Shown piece after piece: positions 14,895 to 28,868 of a stretch of 64,000 nucleotides of DNA (the first letter of the stretch is position 1; each line of letters begins with the position of its first letter). Origin of the DNA: Adineta vaga (Eukaryota; Animalia; Rotifera). A model generated the notes under the pieces. The model was not told where the DNA came from. It was given only the letters and a program-made list of their open reading frames with translations, and did not search any database. The stretch is from assembly GCA_021613535.1 (NCBI GenBank), contig CP075496.1, positions 8,308,001 through 8,372,000 of the forward strand, in the 5' to 3' direction. Both the position numbers and the translations under genes were made by a program.

Positions 14895-15388
14895 TTATGA
14901 AGAAAAAATTATTTTGCCAGCAAGAACACCCATCAATTGTGTATCGAGAAGGAGTACAATAAATACTGTTGCATAAATAAACGATGGCCAACCATTGTGA
15001 TGTATTAATCGAGATGCTTCACACATTGCTAAAAGAATAGTAAATGATGCGAGTAGATAAGCACTCGATGCAAATAGATTCCAATATTTCCAAAGATGTC
15101 TAAAGAAATCTTCATAAATTTTAGCGAAAAAAAATCAAAATACAAAATTGGTTTTCACTTAATTAACATCAATACTGATGCACATATTCCAACACATGTA
15201 AATAGAAGACTTAAAGTAGTCATAATCCGCGAAAGACGAAGTTGCTGATATTTGCTTGATGATCGAAAATAATCGATTTTACTCTCATTTTCCCATTGGC
15301 GTGACGATAAAGCTATACACGCACAAACAAAAGCTAATAATCCAAGTAATACACCACATAATGCGATTAATCGTTCGTAACGATTCAT
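14895..15388 (-). CDS. Small four-TM claudin/PMP22-like protein (2 exons)
   Basis: Starts MNRYERLIALCGVLLGLLAFVCACIALSSRQW (TM1 followed by W, as in claudins). Exon 2 adds two more hydrophobic helices and ends GVLAGKIIFSS*. Confidence 0.6.
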
Positions 15389-18300
15389 TTCAGACAAAAA
15401 GCGCAATTTTAAAAAAACAATTCCTAACTAACGAAAATTTTTGCGCATAATATTATCTTATAAATAAATTGCCATACCTTCAATGGTGTTTTTTTGTTAA
15501 TTCGGAACAGTGAATGAAAACATTCGAAAAATTATTATATCGGATTTGAATACTAAATTTAACTTACATGTCTATTTTCTCGCCTAATTTTAATAAAAAT
15601 CGCATAGCAGAATTCATCTGAGTATTTTTCGATGATTTTTCTATCGAGATGAAACATGATACGAAATTTCCATAGTCACTTGAAACTGCAATTTAAATCA
15701 ACATTCTATCTACTCTTTGATTGTTTACCTACTTTCGTGAAACAGGTAATAGAGTTAGTTTTGATGAAATTTAATTCTAACGAAAATTTCTCCTCTCCTG
15801 TTCGAAATAGTCAATTGTGCAATACGAATACAAAATCGATCAAATTTGATTTGATGCATTTTAATATTCTATTTTCGAAATTAACATACAAGAGAAGGAT
15901 TATTCATATTTATTTCAAAAATAATTATTCTAATCTTTCTCCTCTTTCTCTCTCTCTCTCCCATTCTCATCGGTAAATATTCATTTTTAAATACTTATTC
16001 ACTCATTCCTTCTTTTTTCATGCTAGAATCTCTCGAAATGATAAGCGCGATAATCATGTATATCTTTATTCTGCATTTCAATAATGATGATGATGATGAT
16101 GACGACGATCAAATCAACATATAAAAATATAGATGTTGTACATAAATGAATCGAGCGAGAAAAAAATTTACATGAATAAAAAATCAGTACGACTCATTAA
16201 TGTTGATGATGACGGCAAGAGAAGAAGAAAAGATGATGTATGCATAATCAATTAGAAAAAAAGAAGAAAAGAGACGAAATAAGAATGCTACATATTCCTA
16301 TGAATCGTAACAGTCAACGATTACAAACAGCAGCCATGGTAAGTCTTTTCGTTTTCTCGATTATCAATTTTATTTTAGTTTCAAACTCTGTTAGAAAGAA
16401 TAAAAAGGTTAGTTGAGGTTGTTGTTCTAGACAAGTAGGGTAAATTATTTTAGTATCATATGTATATAGTACGTTAGTAGCGGTAATGAAAGATGATGAG
16501 AAAGCATATATATATATATATGTATATGTATTCAAATTCGAGTTTGATCTCATTAGCTACCATCTCCAAAGTTCTCTTTTTTTCTTTTTCTCTTCGTGTG
16601 AACGTAACATGCTTGCATCTCTTCATCGTTGAGAAGCGAACAGGAGCTCGTGCCCGTACGCTCCGTTATGTATGCAAATAGTATGTATATTCATTTTATT
16701 GCATTCAGTTTATGATAATTCTTCTCTCTGCATCTCTCTCTCTCCCTCTTCTCTTTTCGTCGTCATTTTCTCGAGTTTTCTCAACAAAAGCAATACGAAA
16801 GATGAAGAGGAATAAGAATGGTATTCTTTTATTCATTGTTTGTTTCTCTCGAATTGTGAATATTTGAGGTAAGATATTGATCTAATCAGTTATGTTTTAC
16901 TGAAGAAATTTGTATTTATTACCACTTGGGAAGTAATCATTGATGAGTTTTATATAACGCATATTTGACACGCGATAGATAAAATACACTGAATGTCTTC
17001 GCTTTCAATCTATCAGTTAGTTTTAATATTCAATAATATCTGTAAAAATCTTTCTAAAACATAGAGATACTTAGTGACGGAGTCAAGGAGTACACTAATG
17101 AATATTAAAGATAGTTAATTATTCGTTATCCTTTGACCTGTGTAGTAACTTGTTAACGATGTTTTCAGATTTTTGTTAGTGAAAATTTTGTTTGATAATT
17201 TCGGTAAATTCTATTTTTTTGTAAAAATATCTTTGCGAAAAAGCATTCGTTTTTGTTTCTTGGATTATTATGTAACCGGAAGGAAATAAAAATGATTTTA
17301 TGTGAGGACAACTTGCTGTTCTTTCAACGTTTCCGGAAAAGCAATTTCTAGATGAACTAAACAAAGATAAAGAGGAAAAATGAGAAATAGAAGATAAATC
17401 GAAGATTAGGAAATATTATTAATCATGAGGTTTTTTTTGTAACATATTCTTATTTGACATTAGTAACAAATCAACGGATTTGTTCACATCGAAAATCCTT
17501 ATTCTCATGAGAATTTAATGAATCCATCGGTTCCGTTATAACGAGTAATCTTGTATTCCTATTAGAAAACATTACTTTGTTTTTAGTTTTCGATGATTTA
17601 TGAATTATAAATGAGAAAATATTACACTATAAAACTTTTTTCTTGAGATTTCATTAGAAAAAAAGCTAATCATCTTCAGAGATCGAGATGTGCATAATAC
17701 GTAACGTAACTTAACTTTAAATATTATCTCTAACTTTGATTTTATTTAGAATCCATCACGAAAATATTTCAACTGCATTATAATACTTCATTTTATTGGT
17801 ATGTGATCGGCCAGTGCTGCCATCTCCCGGTGGTAATAAGAATGATGACAGTTCAAAGTGAGTAACTTGACACAACTCTTGAAAATATGATAATATGTGC
17901 AAACGAATGCTTAGTAAATGAGTCTCGTTCCATTAGTATTGACAACCATTTGCCACTTATCTTAATCGTTCGTGTATACTAAACACACGCACACATAGCC
18001 AAATAGCGGAACAACTCGTGCGTGTGTAATGTAAAAAAAAATAGTGCCATCAATTGAAATTGATCTATTGCTCTTGTATGAAAACAGCAAGAATGAGAAA
18101 TTACCATCGTATAATTAATTGGATTAGACAAAAAAAAAGAACGAAATTTATTTTGTCAAATAGTAGATACTTTTCTTAGTAGAACATCTTCTCTCATATT
18201 ACCTAAGTTAAATATCATTGAGAAAAGGAAAACAAATTTCACGTCATCTAAATATCGAAATCTATTGATTGTTCAGAAAAGAAGAAAAGTAAATTGAATT

Positions 18301-20976
18301 CAGCTCTCCCTCGTACACAAAAGTTAATATCCTTTTCACACATATCTATCTATCTAATTAAAACAACTAAACTTATTTCGATAAAGTCATTTATATATGT
18401 ATGTCACGTCTTTATCTGTCGACTCCTCCCATTTCCATCCGGTCTCTTGATTGGACTCATCTGCTTCTTTACAAAATGATTGATAGTCTTGTCTCGTGTT
18501 TTCTTTTTCTCAATGTTCATCAACACATGCTTCGGTAATATTGTCGGCAGATTATATATATATATATATATATGCTTGACTTTGCTCTTCGTCTTACTGT
18601 CATGATCATCTCAAGACGAAACGAAATCCGATCGGTACTCATTGGCATGCAGCTTTCTTTTCTCTCTTTCAACATGAGCACATCGGTAAATAAAAAAAAA
18701 CGCAGCAACCAATCACATTGCATGCTTAATAAAATAGTTGATTAAATTTCTTTGAAAACAAAAAAAATTTGTCATGTTCTCGATTTTTTTTATTAAAAAC
18801 GAAAACGTTTCAAATCATGAAGAATACATCACTGGCATCGAGCATGCATCTATACGGTTCTCTTTTTTCTTCATTCTCATATATGTTGATGTCGATATTC
18901 AATGTGTGTCTATAATTCGATTAGAGTTCGCTTCACTAAATTTAAACTTAGAAATGTCAACAAGATGTGCGCGAGCCATAAAGAGAAAAATAGTGTATAT
19001 AATATATCTAATAGAAATACGATCGATGCCGCTCGTTTGAAGACTAAAAAAAAATAAAAATGATCAAACAATATATGGATACGCCAAGTGTGTAGAATAA
19101 CATTAGCAATATTGTGTAGAAAGAAAGTTTTTCTTCTTCTTCTTCTTCTTCTCCTGTCAACGACATACTGTCATCAAGCAGAAAGCATGGAAGATTTGCA
19201 TATATGATATTGTTCGAATATCGAATGATTCGATTTTAACTAATGAATGAAACGATATGATTGAATGATTAGCAAATTTCTGAATGATTTTTATGCAAAA
19301 GAAGACAGAAGATAACTAGATGATCACGCACTTGTCTATCTGAAAAGAATGAAGAATTGAAGTTTTTATTTGTTCATCATTGAATTAGAAATTCAAAAAG
19401 TGAAATTTTCTTTTTCGTCATAACAATAGTCTCTTGTGACTTGGCACGCGCACACATTTGTGTTTTGTTATATATATGTATATCATTCAACGCTATTTGT
19501 TTAAAGGTGGGCAAGTGCCAAATGTTGATTATTCGAGTGGAGGTGCGTGATGCTTTGCTTTTTTCAAGGTGTCTACAGAGACAAAAAAATTAAACAATAG
19601 AAAAGAAGCCGCGTTAAAAAGTGAATCCAAACAAAATTTCTATATCTTAGATTGATAGAGAGAGAGAGAGCAAGAAAAAAGACAAAATTTAAGCGTGGAA
19701 AGGTTGTATATTTATCAAAGTACAAAAGGATTAGTTTTATCATATTTTGTTGATAAGAGAGGCTTTGGAATTAAGATATATTCACATATTGCATACTCAA
19801 ATCAATTTACACAATAATGTGTGAAAATTATGGATAGAGTATGAGTAAAATTGTCAGCAAATACGAGATGATGATTTTCAAAACAGAAAAGAAAATAGCA
19901 ATTTTGAAAAGTTGAAATTGAATCGTTTCAGATCATCGTGCATTCGACTTGAATCTATGTATATTTAAGTAATAATTGAATAACTTCTTAGAATCAATCA
20001 TTGTTCAGCGAGATTTCATTGTTATTCTTGTTCTTGCAACTGTATCAAATGAGGATACCAAAAAAATACAATTCGATTAGTTTAATTTCCCGTATCTGTG
20101 ATCTTCACTAGTAAAGCAGAAAAAAAGCCAAGCTAATTCAATTGTACTAGTTGTATATCTAGACTTGTCTAATTAGAACTATTCGATGTCCAGCTGATCT
20201 AACCATCTGCTAGAATGTTTGTATTTAACTGTAGTTTTCTTTCCTTTTTTTTTGTCTTTTCAATCGATCGATCGTTCGACAGTTGTGCGACACAGGAAAT
20301 ATCTTGTGTACACACATACGATTAGATTCATCAATCACGCAATGGTAACGATGAAAAGCAAGCAAAGAAGAAGAAAAAAATCCGATTATTTTATCCAATA
20401 GAAAAATTTCAAGTTCCCACTTCTACAGTCAACCAACCGGCTTTTTTCTTTTTCTTTTCACTTGTTGTGTTTTGTATGCGTGTGTGTGTGTGCATAGAGA
20501 AAAAAGAGTCTATCTTGTCATCGGGGGCATATAGAGAAGAAGAAGAAGAAAAGAAAAAAAGAAACGAGTAGAGAAGCAAAAGAGGGAGAGAGAGAAAAAA
20601 AGACTCCTTGACAGAAGAAGCATCGGACGGCGGCAAATCTGAATTTCATTTGCATTAAAAACTGATTATTATTATCCACGCGAAACAGCAGTGCTACTGA
20701 CCTCCATATTGATATTCAAATAATACAACGATTTACACTTGTGTTATTCTTTTTCTGTTTTCTTTTTTCAAGCACTAATTTCAGTTTGTGCTAATTGAAA
20801 TCTGATTATTAATTCAATTGATAGAATCATGGTGAGTACTAAATATGCATCGATCAAAATTCTTCATCCATCCATAAAAGAACTAATTAGATAAATAAAA
20901 TCTCGAAATCAATATTTAAATTTTCTTTTCTTTTCTTTCTTATAGTTTTTCTCCAGTTAATATCCTCTAACCAATC

Positions 20977-22122
20977 ATGTCAACATCACCATCATCCGTT
21001 GCTGCTGCTTATGCACTTCATCATCATCACATTCATACTCATCATCATTTACATCCATTTCATCATCAACATCATCTTGAAACATCAAATACATTCTTTT
21101 ATCCTCCACCACTCCCTCCACCTACATCATCCGATTCTTCATCAAATAATACGAATGATTTAATTTTACAACATGCTGATATTAAACCACCAAATCCATA
21201 TCTTTTCTCCAACACGAAAAGTATGTCACCTCCACCACCAACAAGTCCAACAAATAATGTTGCTACAGCATGGCCTGTCATCATGCAACATCATTCGCAT
21301 AAAACAATCGAAGACTATTGGGCATCGAATTCTTCGAATTATTATCAACCATCAACGTATCATCATCATCCAAATTACATATCAAATCATCAATTTCTTC
21401 CATCATCCGAACATGATCATCATTTTCATTCCAATCAACCAGCTACATCATCGAATCAAGGTATTCTGGATGAGAATGATTTGAATATGATTCCATCACG
21501 TACAAACAATGATACAGATGATGATGAACATCAATTACATATTGATAATAATGATCTAAATCGTTTTTCGAAACAATTTAAACAAAGACGAATTAAACTT
21601 GGTTATACTCAAGCTGATGTTGGTTTGGCACTTGGTAATCTATATGGTAATGTTTTTAGTCAAACAACAATATGTCGTTTTGAAGCATTGCAATTAAGTT
21701 TTAAAAATATGTGTAAATTACGTCCATTATTAGCGAAATGGTTAGAAGATTCTGAATCACAAACAGGTACGACAAATTCCATGGAAAAAATAGCTGCTAG
21801 TGGACGAAAACGTAAGAAACGTACATCCATTGAAATTAGTATTAAACAAGCATTAGAAATTCAATTTGCACGAAATCCAAAACCAGGTGCACAAGATATT
21901 ACCCATTTGGCTGATCAATTACAGTTAGAAAAGGAAGTTGTTCGAGTATGGTTTTGCAATCGTCGACAGAAAGAAAAACGTGTTACACCACCATTAGGTG
22001 ACGGTTCAGCATCTGCATCAAGCAATCATCATCATCGGAATACACAAAGTCCTAGTTCACCATCAACATCACATGGAACTGGAGGAGACTATTATGACTA
22101 TCATTATCCCACACATTTGTAA
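20977..22122 (+). CDS. POU3F: POU class III homeodomain transcription factor (vvl/Brn1/2/4-like), single coding exon
   Basis: POU-specific domain [52 protein letters not shown], class III linker ([16 protein letters not shown]), and homeodomain [18 protein letters not shown]. Confidence 0.96.
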   Translation: MSTSPSSVAAAYALHHHHIHTHHHLHPFHHQHHLETSNTFFYPPPLPPPTSSDSSSNNTNDLILQHADIKPPNPYLFSNTKSMSPPPPTSPTNNVATAWPVIMQHHSHKTIEDYWASNSSNYYQPSTYHHHPNYISNHQFLPSSEHDHHFHSNQPATSSNQGILDENDLNMIPSRTNNDTDDDEHQLHIDNNDLNRFSKQFKQRRIKLGYTQADVGLALGNLYGNVFSQTTICRFEALQLSFKNMCKLRPLLAKWLEDSESQTGTTNSMEKIAASGRKRKKRTSIEISIKQALEIQFARNPKPGAQDITHLADQLQLEKEVVRVWFCNRRQKEKRVTPPLGDGSASASSNHHHRNTQSPSSPSTSHGTGGDYYDYHYPTHL

Positions 22123-24035
22123 CATTTTCTTTTCATTTCGAGTTTTTTTCACTTGTTACACACTTTACAGTGTTTCTCTCTTTTCTTTTTCTCTCTATTT
22201 TGTGTGATACTGTCAGCAAAATAAAAAATCTAACATATAATCTCTGAATTGACAATATACACCTCGATCATAGTGATAGACAAGTGACAAGCAAAGAAAG
22301 TCAACAGATCATTAAGAAAGAAAGAATTCAACTATCCCCGCTTCTCTGATCTGACAAGAGTAAAAGGGATTTAAGATGAGTAAAGCTAATCAAAAGGGAG
22401 ACCAGATGGTTGAATCAGCTGCATAGACGTTCTTTCTCTCTTGTGATTGTAGTCTTACGAACAGTCTATAATGAAAATGTTACTTCTCCATGCATCGTGT
22501 CCCTATGGTGTATATATGTGGAAGCAAGCGCATCCACATTATATTTGCATCTCAATCACTGTGTCGTTTTGTCTACTTCTATCGACGACATATGGTGATG
22601 ATCTCTCGCGCGTAAAAATCAAACAAAATATTGACATTCATCTGTGATGTTTTTCTGTTATTCACGATCAGGTGAGAGGAAGCGAGAGAGAGAGAGAGAG
22701 AGCAGGAGTAGTAGCAGTAGCACTTTCATTCGTTGTTGATGTATACATATGTATATATTCAATTGAAATATAACCGACGATACACTCGTTTATTATATAC
22801 ATGCAATCTCTTTAAGAATTAAAGTCTGTTCCGGTTCCGCTTTCTTATTTTGTTTTAGAAGTTATCTCTTTCAATATAATACTTGTTCTCATTGCCGGCA
22901 ATATTCTTATTGTTGTTTTCATGTAAAGGAAATAGATAGCATGAAAATGTGTGAGAAAGATCAAGAGTTATGCTGTGTTAAAATATACAGAAAAAAAAGA
23001 AAGAATCAGATGTCAAATATTCAATAGAATGGATTATTTGAAAATAATTGACACATAGTCTTGAAATATTGAGATCGATGGAGTAGAATCTTTCTTAGGA
23101 AGTTATCATATAATGAGTAATTCTACTAATCAATTATCATTTAAACGATATATACAAATAATAGTTTTATCAAACCGTCAAAAGTATTCAATTCTAGAGT
23201 ACTTCGAAGTATCCGAGAGGTCATGTATACAATACAAAAAAAAATCAGTTTATCTACATACGACTGATTTTTATTTTCATGTTTAATATAAATATATGCA
23301 TAATTCAGCGTAAGAAATTTAATGCGTGCAAAAATAAATTAAATCTTTCTTTTTTGTTATTCATTACATTTGTACCTAATTCATCAATATACCTATCGAT
23401 ACGAAGATTTTAAGGCATATGCGTACGTACTTTAGTTAGGATTGATATATTATAGAAACTTGTCGAAGTAAAACAATAAAGTTTCTTAAGAATAATTGAT
23501 AACTCTGTTTTAGAACAAAAAATGAGTTAGAAGTAATTAATTAACGTATATAAAATGTTGATTACTATTGAATAGATTCAATCAAGATGCATCAATAGAT
23601 TTCTTCATGAATTTATGATAAATAATTGATGTAAAACTGAAGAATCATGCAATCGATTGAATAAGTAAAAGAAAAATAAAACTTTTAATTTACTTTTACT
23701 TTTACATTATTCAGGAATCCTATTGTTATAATCTTATTTGAAAACAACGCTCTGTAGGTGATATTCTTCTTCATATCAATAGAGGGCAGACTTGTCTTGT
23801 TTTTCGAAACTTTTTATATTTCGAATTCTTTACTCTAGAAGAATTTCTTCTATTCACTTAAGACGTTCGATACTCATACAACTTCCTACTAAAGTCAAAT
23901 AGACTTCAATTCGTTTATTCAACTGAACCAATCAGATAATCTTATGATTCATAGGATAGGTATAGCAACAATGTTAATATAATTTCATTCAAAAACATTG
24001 GAAAGAATTTATTAAAAATCACTAAGATAATTCAA

Positions 24036-24962
24036 ATGAGTGCAACATCTGATAATCTTGATCTTTTCACACCGGTATTTAAATATTTTCGCCGTCTTCC
24101 AGACGCTGATTGTTTTTCTCAAGCATATTCAATAGCTTCTCATCCAACACTTTTTCAAAATTGTCCTATAACAACCTCTGTAGATTTAGATCCATCATTA
24201 AATTTACAACCAGTATCCACCTGGTCTCTTTTTTCATGTCTATTTTGTGATGGTCTCTATTTTCTTTCTAATCCATTTACATCTATTAGTCAACGTCAAT
24301 GGATTCATCGTTGTTTAAATATCTATGCTCGACAAACTAAAACTAGTGTTGGTGATAATAGTAATAATGAACATTTAGCTCGTATACGTTGGGCTACACT
24401 TGGTTATCATTATGATTGGACAAATAAAATCTATAAACAAGATGATCAGACAAAAATGCCAAATGAACTTGCTCAATTATGTCAAACTATTATGCAAATT
24501 ATTTCTTCTACTACAAGTAAAATTGAAAAGATCTTAATCAAAATGAAATTATGATCTATATTTTTTTTTCTATTAGATTGTTCAATGATGCAAGCGGAAG
24601 CTGCTATTGTTAATTATTATCATATGAATTCAACTTTATGTGCACATACAGATCATTCAGAATATGATGCATTAACGAAACCTTTGATTTCATTTTCATT
24701 TGGTAATGCAGCAGTTTTTCTTATTGGTGGTCAAACGAAAACTGAATGTAAACCATCACCAATACTTCTTCGATCGGGTGATATTATTCTCATGACAGGA
24801 TCAAGTCGTCTCTGTTTTCATGCTGTTCCACGTATTCTTTCTGATCCATTATTGAAAGAGATTTTAAATGAAAATCTTGATAATAATGATGATAATGAAG
24901 TTTGTTGGAGTTATATTCATGATAAACGGATCAATATTAATGTACGACAAGTCTATTCTTAA
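24036..24962 (+). CDS. ALKBH1: AlkB homolog 1 Fe(II)/2OG dioxygenase (2 exons)
   Basis: Motifs include RWATLGYHYDWTNKIY, AEAAIVNYY, HTD (HxD), SFSFGNAAVFLIGG, LRSGDIILMTG..RLCFHAVPRI and RININVRQV. Confidence 0.93.
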
Positions 24963-25394
24963 CTAAAAGAAACATATGAAAATAAAGAGAAAGAAAAAAA
25001 AGACATAACGGAACAAAGGTATGCCTGGCATGTGGTTTCTTGCGTAGCAGAAAAAACACGAAGAAAAAAAAGAAAACGATTGGTTCTATTTCTCTTGAAT
25101 GTATTTCATCTCGATAATGTCAAACATACGTCTCTGTCATTAATGTTGTTTAGCAATGAAAACGAAAAAACAAGAGTAAGATATACATATATATGCCCGT
25201 AAAATAGATGAAAACCTTTGTCAAAATACGTCTTTAAAAACACATTACTAAAATCGAAGAATTAATTAGTATTAACATAAAAAAAAGTAGACAAGAAAAT
25301 ATCTTTATAATGATGTCTATGTCATGATTGTGTCATTCATTTTATTTTAGATAAAAAAAATATAGTAATACCAAGTGCTTCCTAATTTTGTACA

Positions 25395-28378
25395 ATGCCT
25401 GTTTTCGGTAGTAGTAAGAAAAAATCTGATGAATATTGTTGTAAAATTTTTACTATGGATGCCGAATTACAATTTCCTATTGAAGCAAGTGAATTTAATT
25501 ATTTGATATCTAACTAAATCATGAACTGTATAGGCAACAGTAAAAGGTCAGACCTTATTCTCTCTCATTTGTCAAACAATTGGTCTTCGGGAACATTGGT
25601 ATTTTGGTTTAAAATTTCTTGATAAAGTTTCAAATGAATGGACATGGTTACAAATGAATCGAACAGTAAGTTTTCCTTCTTTCTCTCTCTCTCTCTTTCC
25701 AATAACAAACAAATCGTTTTCAGATTCTTTCTCAACCGGTGCATATTTCAACAAATACGAATCAATCTAAACGACCTGAATCACCAGATACATCTGAAAA
25801 CTTGAAACTTCATCTTCTTCGATCTCCACCAACATCTCCATCAGCATCGACTTTGAGTCTTCCATCATCATTTGCAAACAATGGTCAACACTGTTTAAGA
25901 GGCATTTTAGAATTCTATTTTGTTGTGAAATTTTATCCTGAAGATATTACTCATGAACTTATACAAGATATTACTCGACACCTTTTTTATCTTCAAGTAA
26001 AACAAGATATTCTTAGTATGGATATCTATTGTCCACCTGATACAGCTGCACATCTTGCATCACTTGCTCTTCAAGCCAAAGTATTTTAATTTCTATTTTC
26101 TTGAAAAAATTCATTCATTCATTCTCTGGTCTTCTTCTTAGTTTTCTGATTATGAACAGATTATTACTTTATCGGAACCATTTAATTTAGAAAATGAAGC
26201 TCTATTGCCATTATCGTGTTTTCAAAAAATTGAATTATCAAAAACAGATTGGTTTGATCGAATTATTGCTTTATGGCGTACACATGCATCATTAACACGT
26301 GATGAATCGGAAATGGCTTATTTAAAATATGCACAAGATCTAGATATGTTTGGTTTAGCATTTTTCGAAATATCAAAGATGCAAGGTGGAAATAAATCGC
26401 ATACATTAACACATCAGTCAGATCAGGCATCAATCGGTGCTGAACTTTGGCTTGGAATTGATTCGTTAGGTATTCGTTTTTATAAGAAAAATAAATTAAG
26501 ACCAGAAGTATTCTTCTCCTGGTGTGATATTAAATCTATAACAGCACAAGATAAAAAAGTATGAATGTAGGGATTTTGAAAAATTCATTTTACTTCTTCT
26601 ATTTCTCATGTTCAAGGTTGTATTGAATCTGACTGGTGATAAACATGCAACATTTGCATTCTATACAGCGAAATCATCTGTAAGCAAAGAGGTAAATTAC
26701 TCAAAAATTGATGTCAACTTTTCTCTAATCATCATGACTACCGCTTTTCTTTAGATACTTGACTTAGCAATAGGAAATCATGAGTTATATATGCGACGTC
26801 GACGAGAAGAATCAATTGAAATACAACAAATGAGATATTTCGAAGATCAACAAAAGAAAGTAAGACTAATTGAAAACTTCAACTGTTTTTATGATATTGT
26901 TCACTAATCCAAATTCATCATGTCCAAAGCTATTATCGTAAAAATAGAAAGATTTTGATATGTTCAATCTATTTACTAAACCTAACTAAGATTGAGTGTA
27001 GTTGGCATCAATTATCTTTTATATTTGAGAATTGATCATTTAATTAAAATATCTGTAGGAGTATTTCTAAATCGATTGATTCATGGCATCGAAACTGACG
27101 TTCTCTCTCTGTCTCTCTATTCATGTAGGAAAAACTTCGTATATTTGCTCGAGAACGTCAATTACGTTTACATGCTGAAAAAGAACGTGATGAAATGGAA
27201 CTTAAATTTGTTGAATATCAACAACAAATGAATGAAATTCACGGGACATTGGTTTGTTATGGGAACACAACAACTATAGAAATCCAATTGAATCGGTTTT
27301 TTTTCGTTCTAGCTTAAATATCAAGAAGCAGCTGAATTATTAGTACGTAAAGCTCATATTAGTAGTGAAGAAGCTCGATTACAAGCTGAAAAAGCACGAG
27401 AAATCGAAAATCAACTTGAGCGATGTACATATGAAATCCACCGAGTAAGTCTTTTTATTTTAAATCTTATTCATTCTTTCCTAAATACATCTATTTTGAA
27501 ATAGAATGAAGAAGAAAAACGTTTGTATGCTCGACAAATCAACGATTGTGAACAAATCATATCTACTTTGGTTAATGATTCTGTTAAAAAGTAAGTTATC
27601 ATCAAATCAGATATTCGATTCTAAATGATCAATTCAAGCAGTAATACTGCATATCATTTGTCTCATTTCGGTGAAACTTCCTTTCTTTCATCTACGATTG
27701 AACAGCAACGGTTAGTCAGTTAACAAAACAGACGGATATGGACACTAACATATAGAATAATTTAAGAAAAATTTATGAGAAAATACTTCTTATCTTTTCT
27801 ATACTTTCAATTTTAGTCGTAAAGAAGCAGACGAATTAAAATTAGAAGTCGCAAAATGGCGTGTAGCAGAAGCGGCAGCTAGAGAAAAACTACTTTCTAC
27901 TACACAAATTAATCAATCATTAGCTGTTACAAATGCTACAACACATGCACAACATAATCTCGCTCAAACAACAACAACAACAACAAGAACAACGTCACCT
28001 CCGCCGGTATATTGAATTTTGTTTTCACTCTTAGTAATCATTTGTTTTTTTTATTATAGTATCGACCCATTCATCGAAATCAAGAAGTAAATCAGACAGA
28101 TGAACGGTAACTTTCAAAAACGAACATTCTTTTCTATAATGTGAAACTTTTCTTGTAGAGCTATTTTGAATGATAAACAATTGAAACAAAATCAATTAGC
28201 TTTGCAATTAAAAGATCTAAAAAATGAGATGCAATCAAAAAAAATTGAAGAACAATTGACACCATTAGATATTGCATATGAAGAAAATTTAGCTGTTGGA
28301 GATAATAAATATTCGACAATGGAACGAGCAAGTGCAGGAACAACTTCAAAACGTATGGCAATGTTACAAGATTTATAA
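25395..28378 (+). CDS. NF2: Merlin/ERM-family FERM protein, closest in C-terminus to merlin
   Basis: Motifs include [61 protein letters not shown] and [10 protein letters not shown]. The C-terminus [26 protein letters not shown] resembles merlin GENKYSTL..GSTKARVAFFEEL. Confidence 0.8.
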
Positions 28379-28868
28379 TTATATATAAAATCAGAATTGT
28401 TTTATTCTTGTTAAAGAAAAAAGAATTATTTTTTTTAATGAAAAATAACAGTGAGAATGTTTAAATAGAGAATTTTTCATTTCATTGACAGTAAAATTGA
28501 ATGAATATTCAAATAAAAGAAATTCTTAATAAATCATATCGTGAATATATATCTCGTTACTCTTCAATACACACGCTATACGATTCGAGAAAGAAATATT
28601 ACATAGCTACGTATTCTATCATCGAAAACTGATTATATCCCGAAGAAGTGCGGGAATATAGACACAAATTTTTTGTCATCTCAATCTATCATTCATCGAT
28701 ACTAATTTTTTTTTAAAATTTTGATCAATTATTTTCCCATGGAAATAAAAGAATTTCATAAATGAACAAGTCTAGCTTTCTTTTATGTACAAATGTACAA
28801 GGAAACAAACGAAGAAATAATAACTTAACGATGACAAAAATTACAGTTAAGTGTTACCGCAAGAAGTA

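Noticed and set aside
15400-20800. Many 60-106 aa ORFs in the POU3 upstream region
   Set aside because: They are F/I/L/K-rich translations of AT-rich and microsatellite DNA, often with non-ATG starts. Treated as regulatory non-coding sequence.
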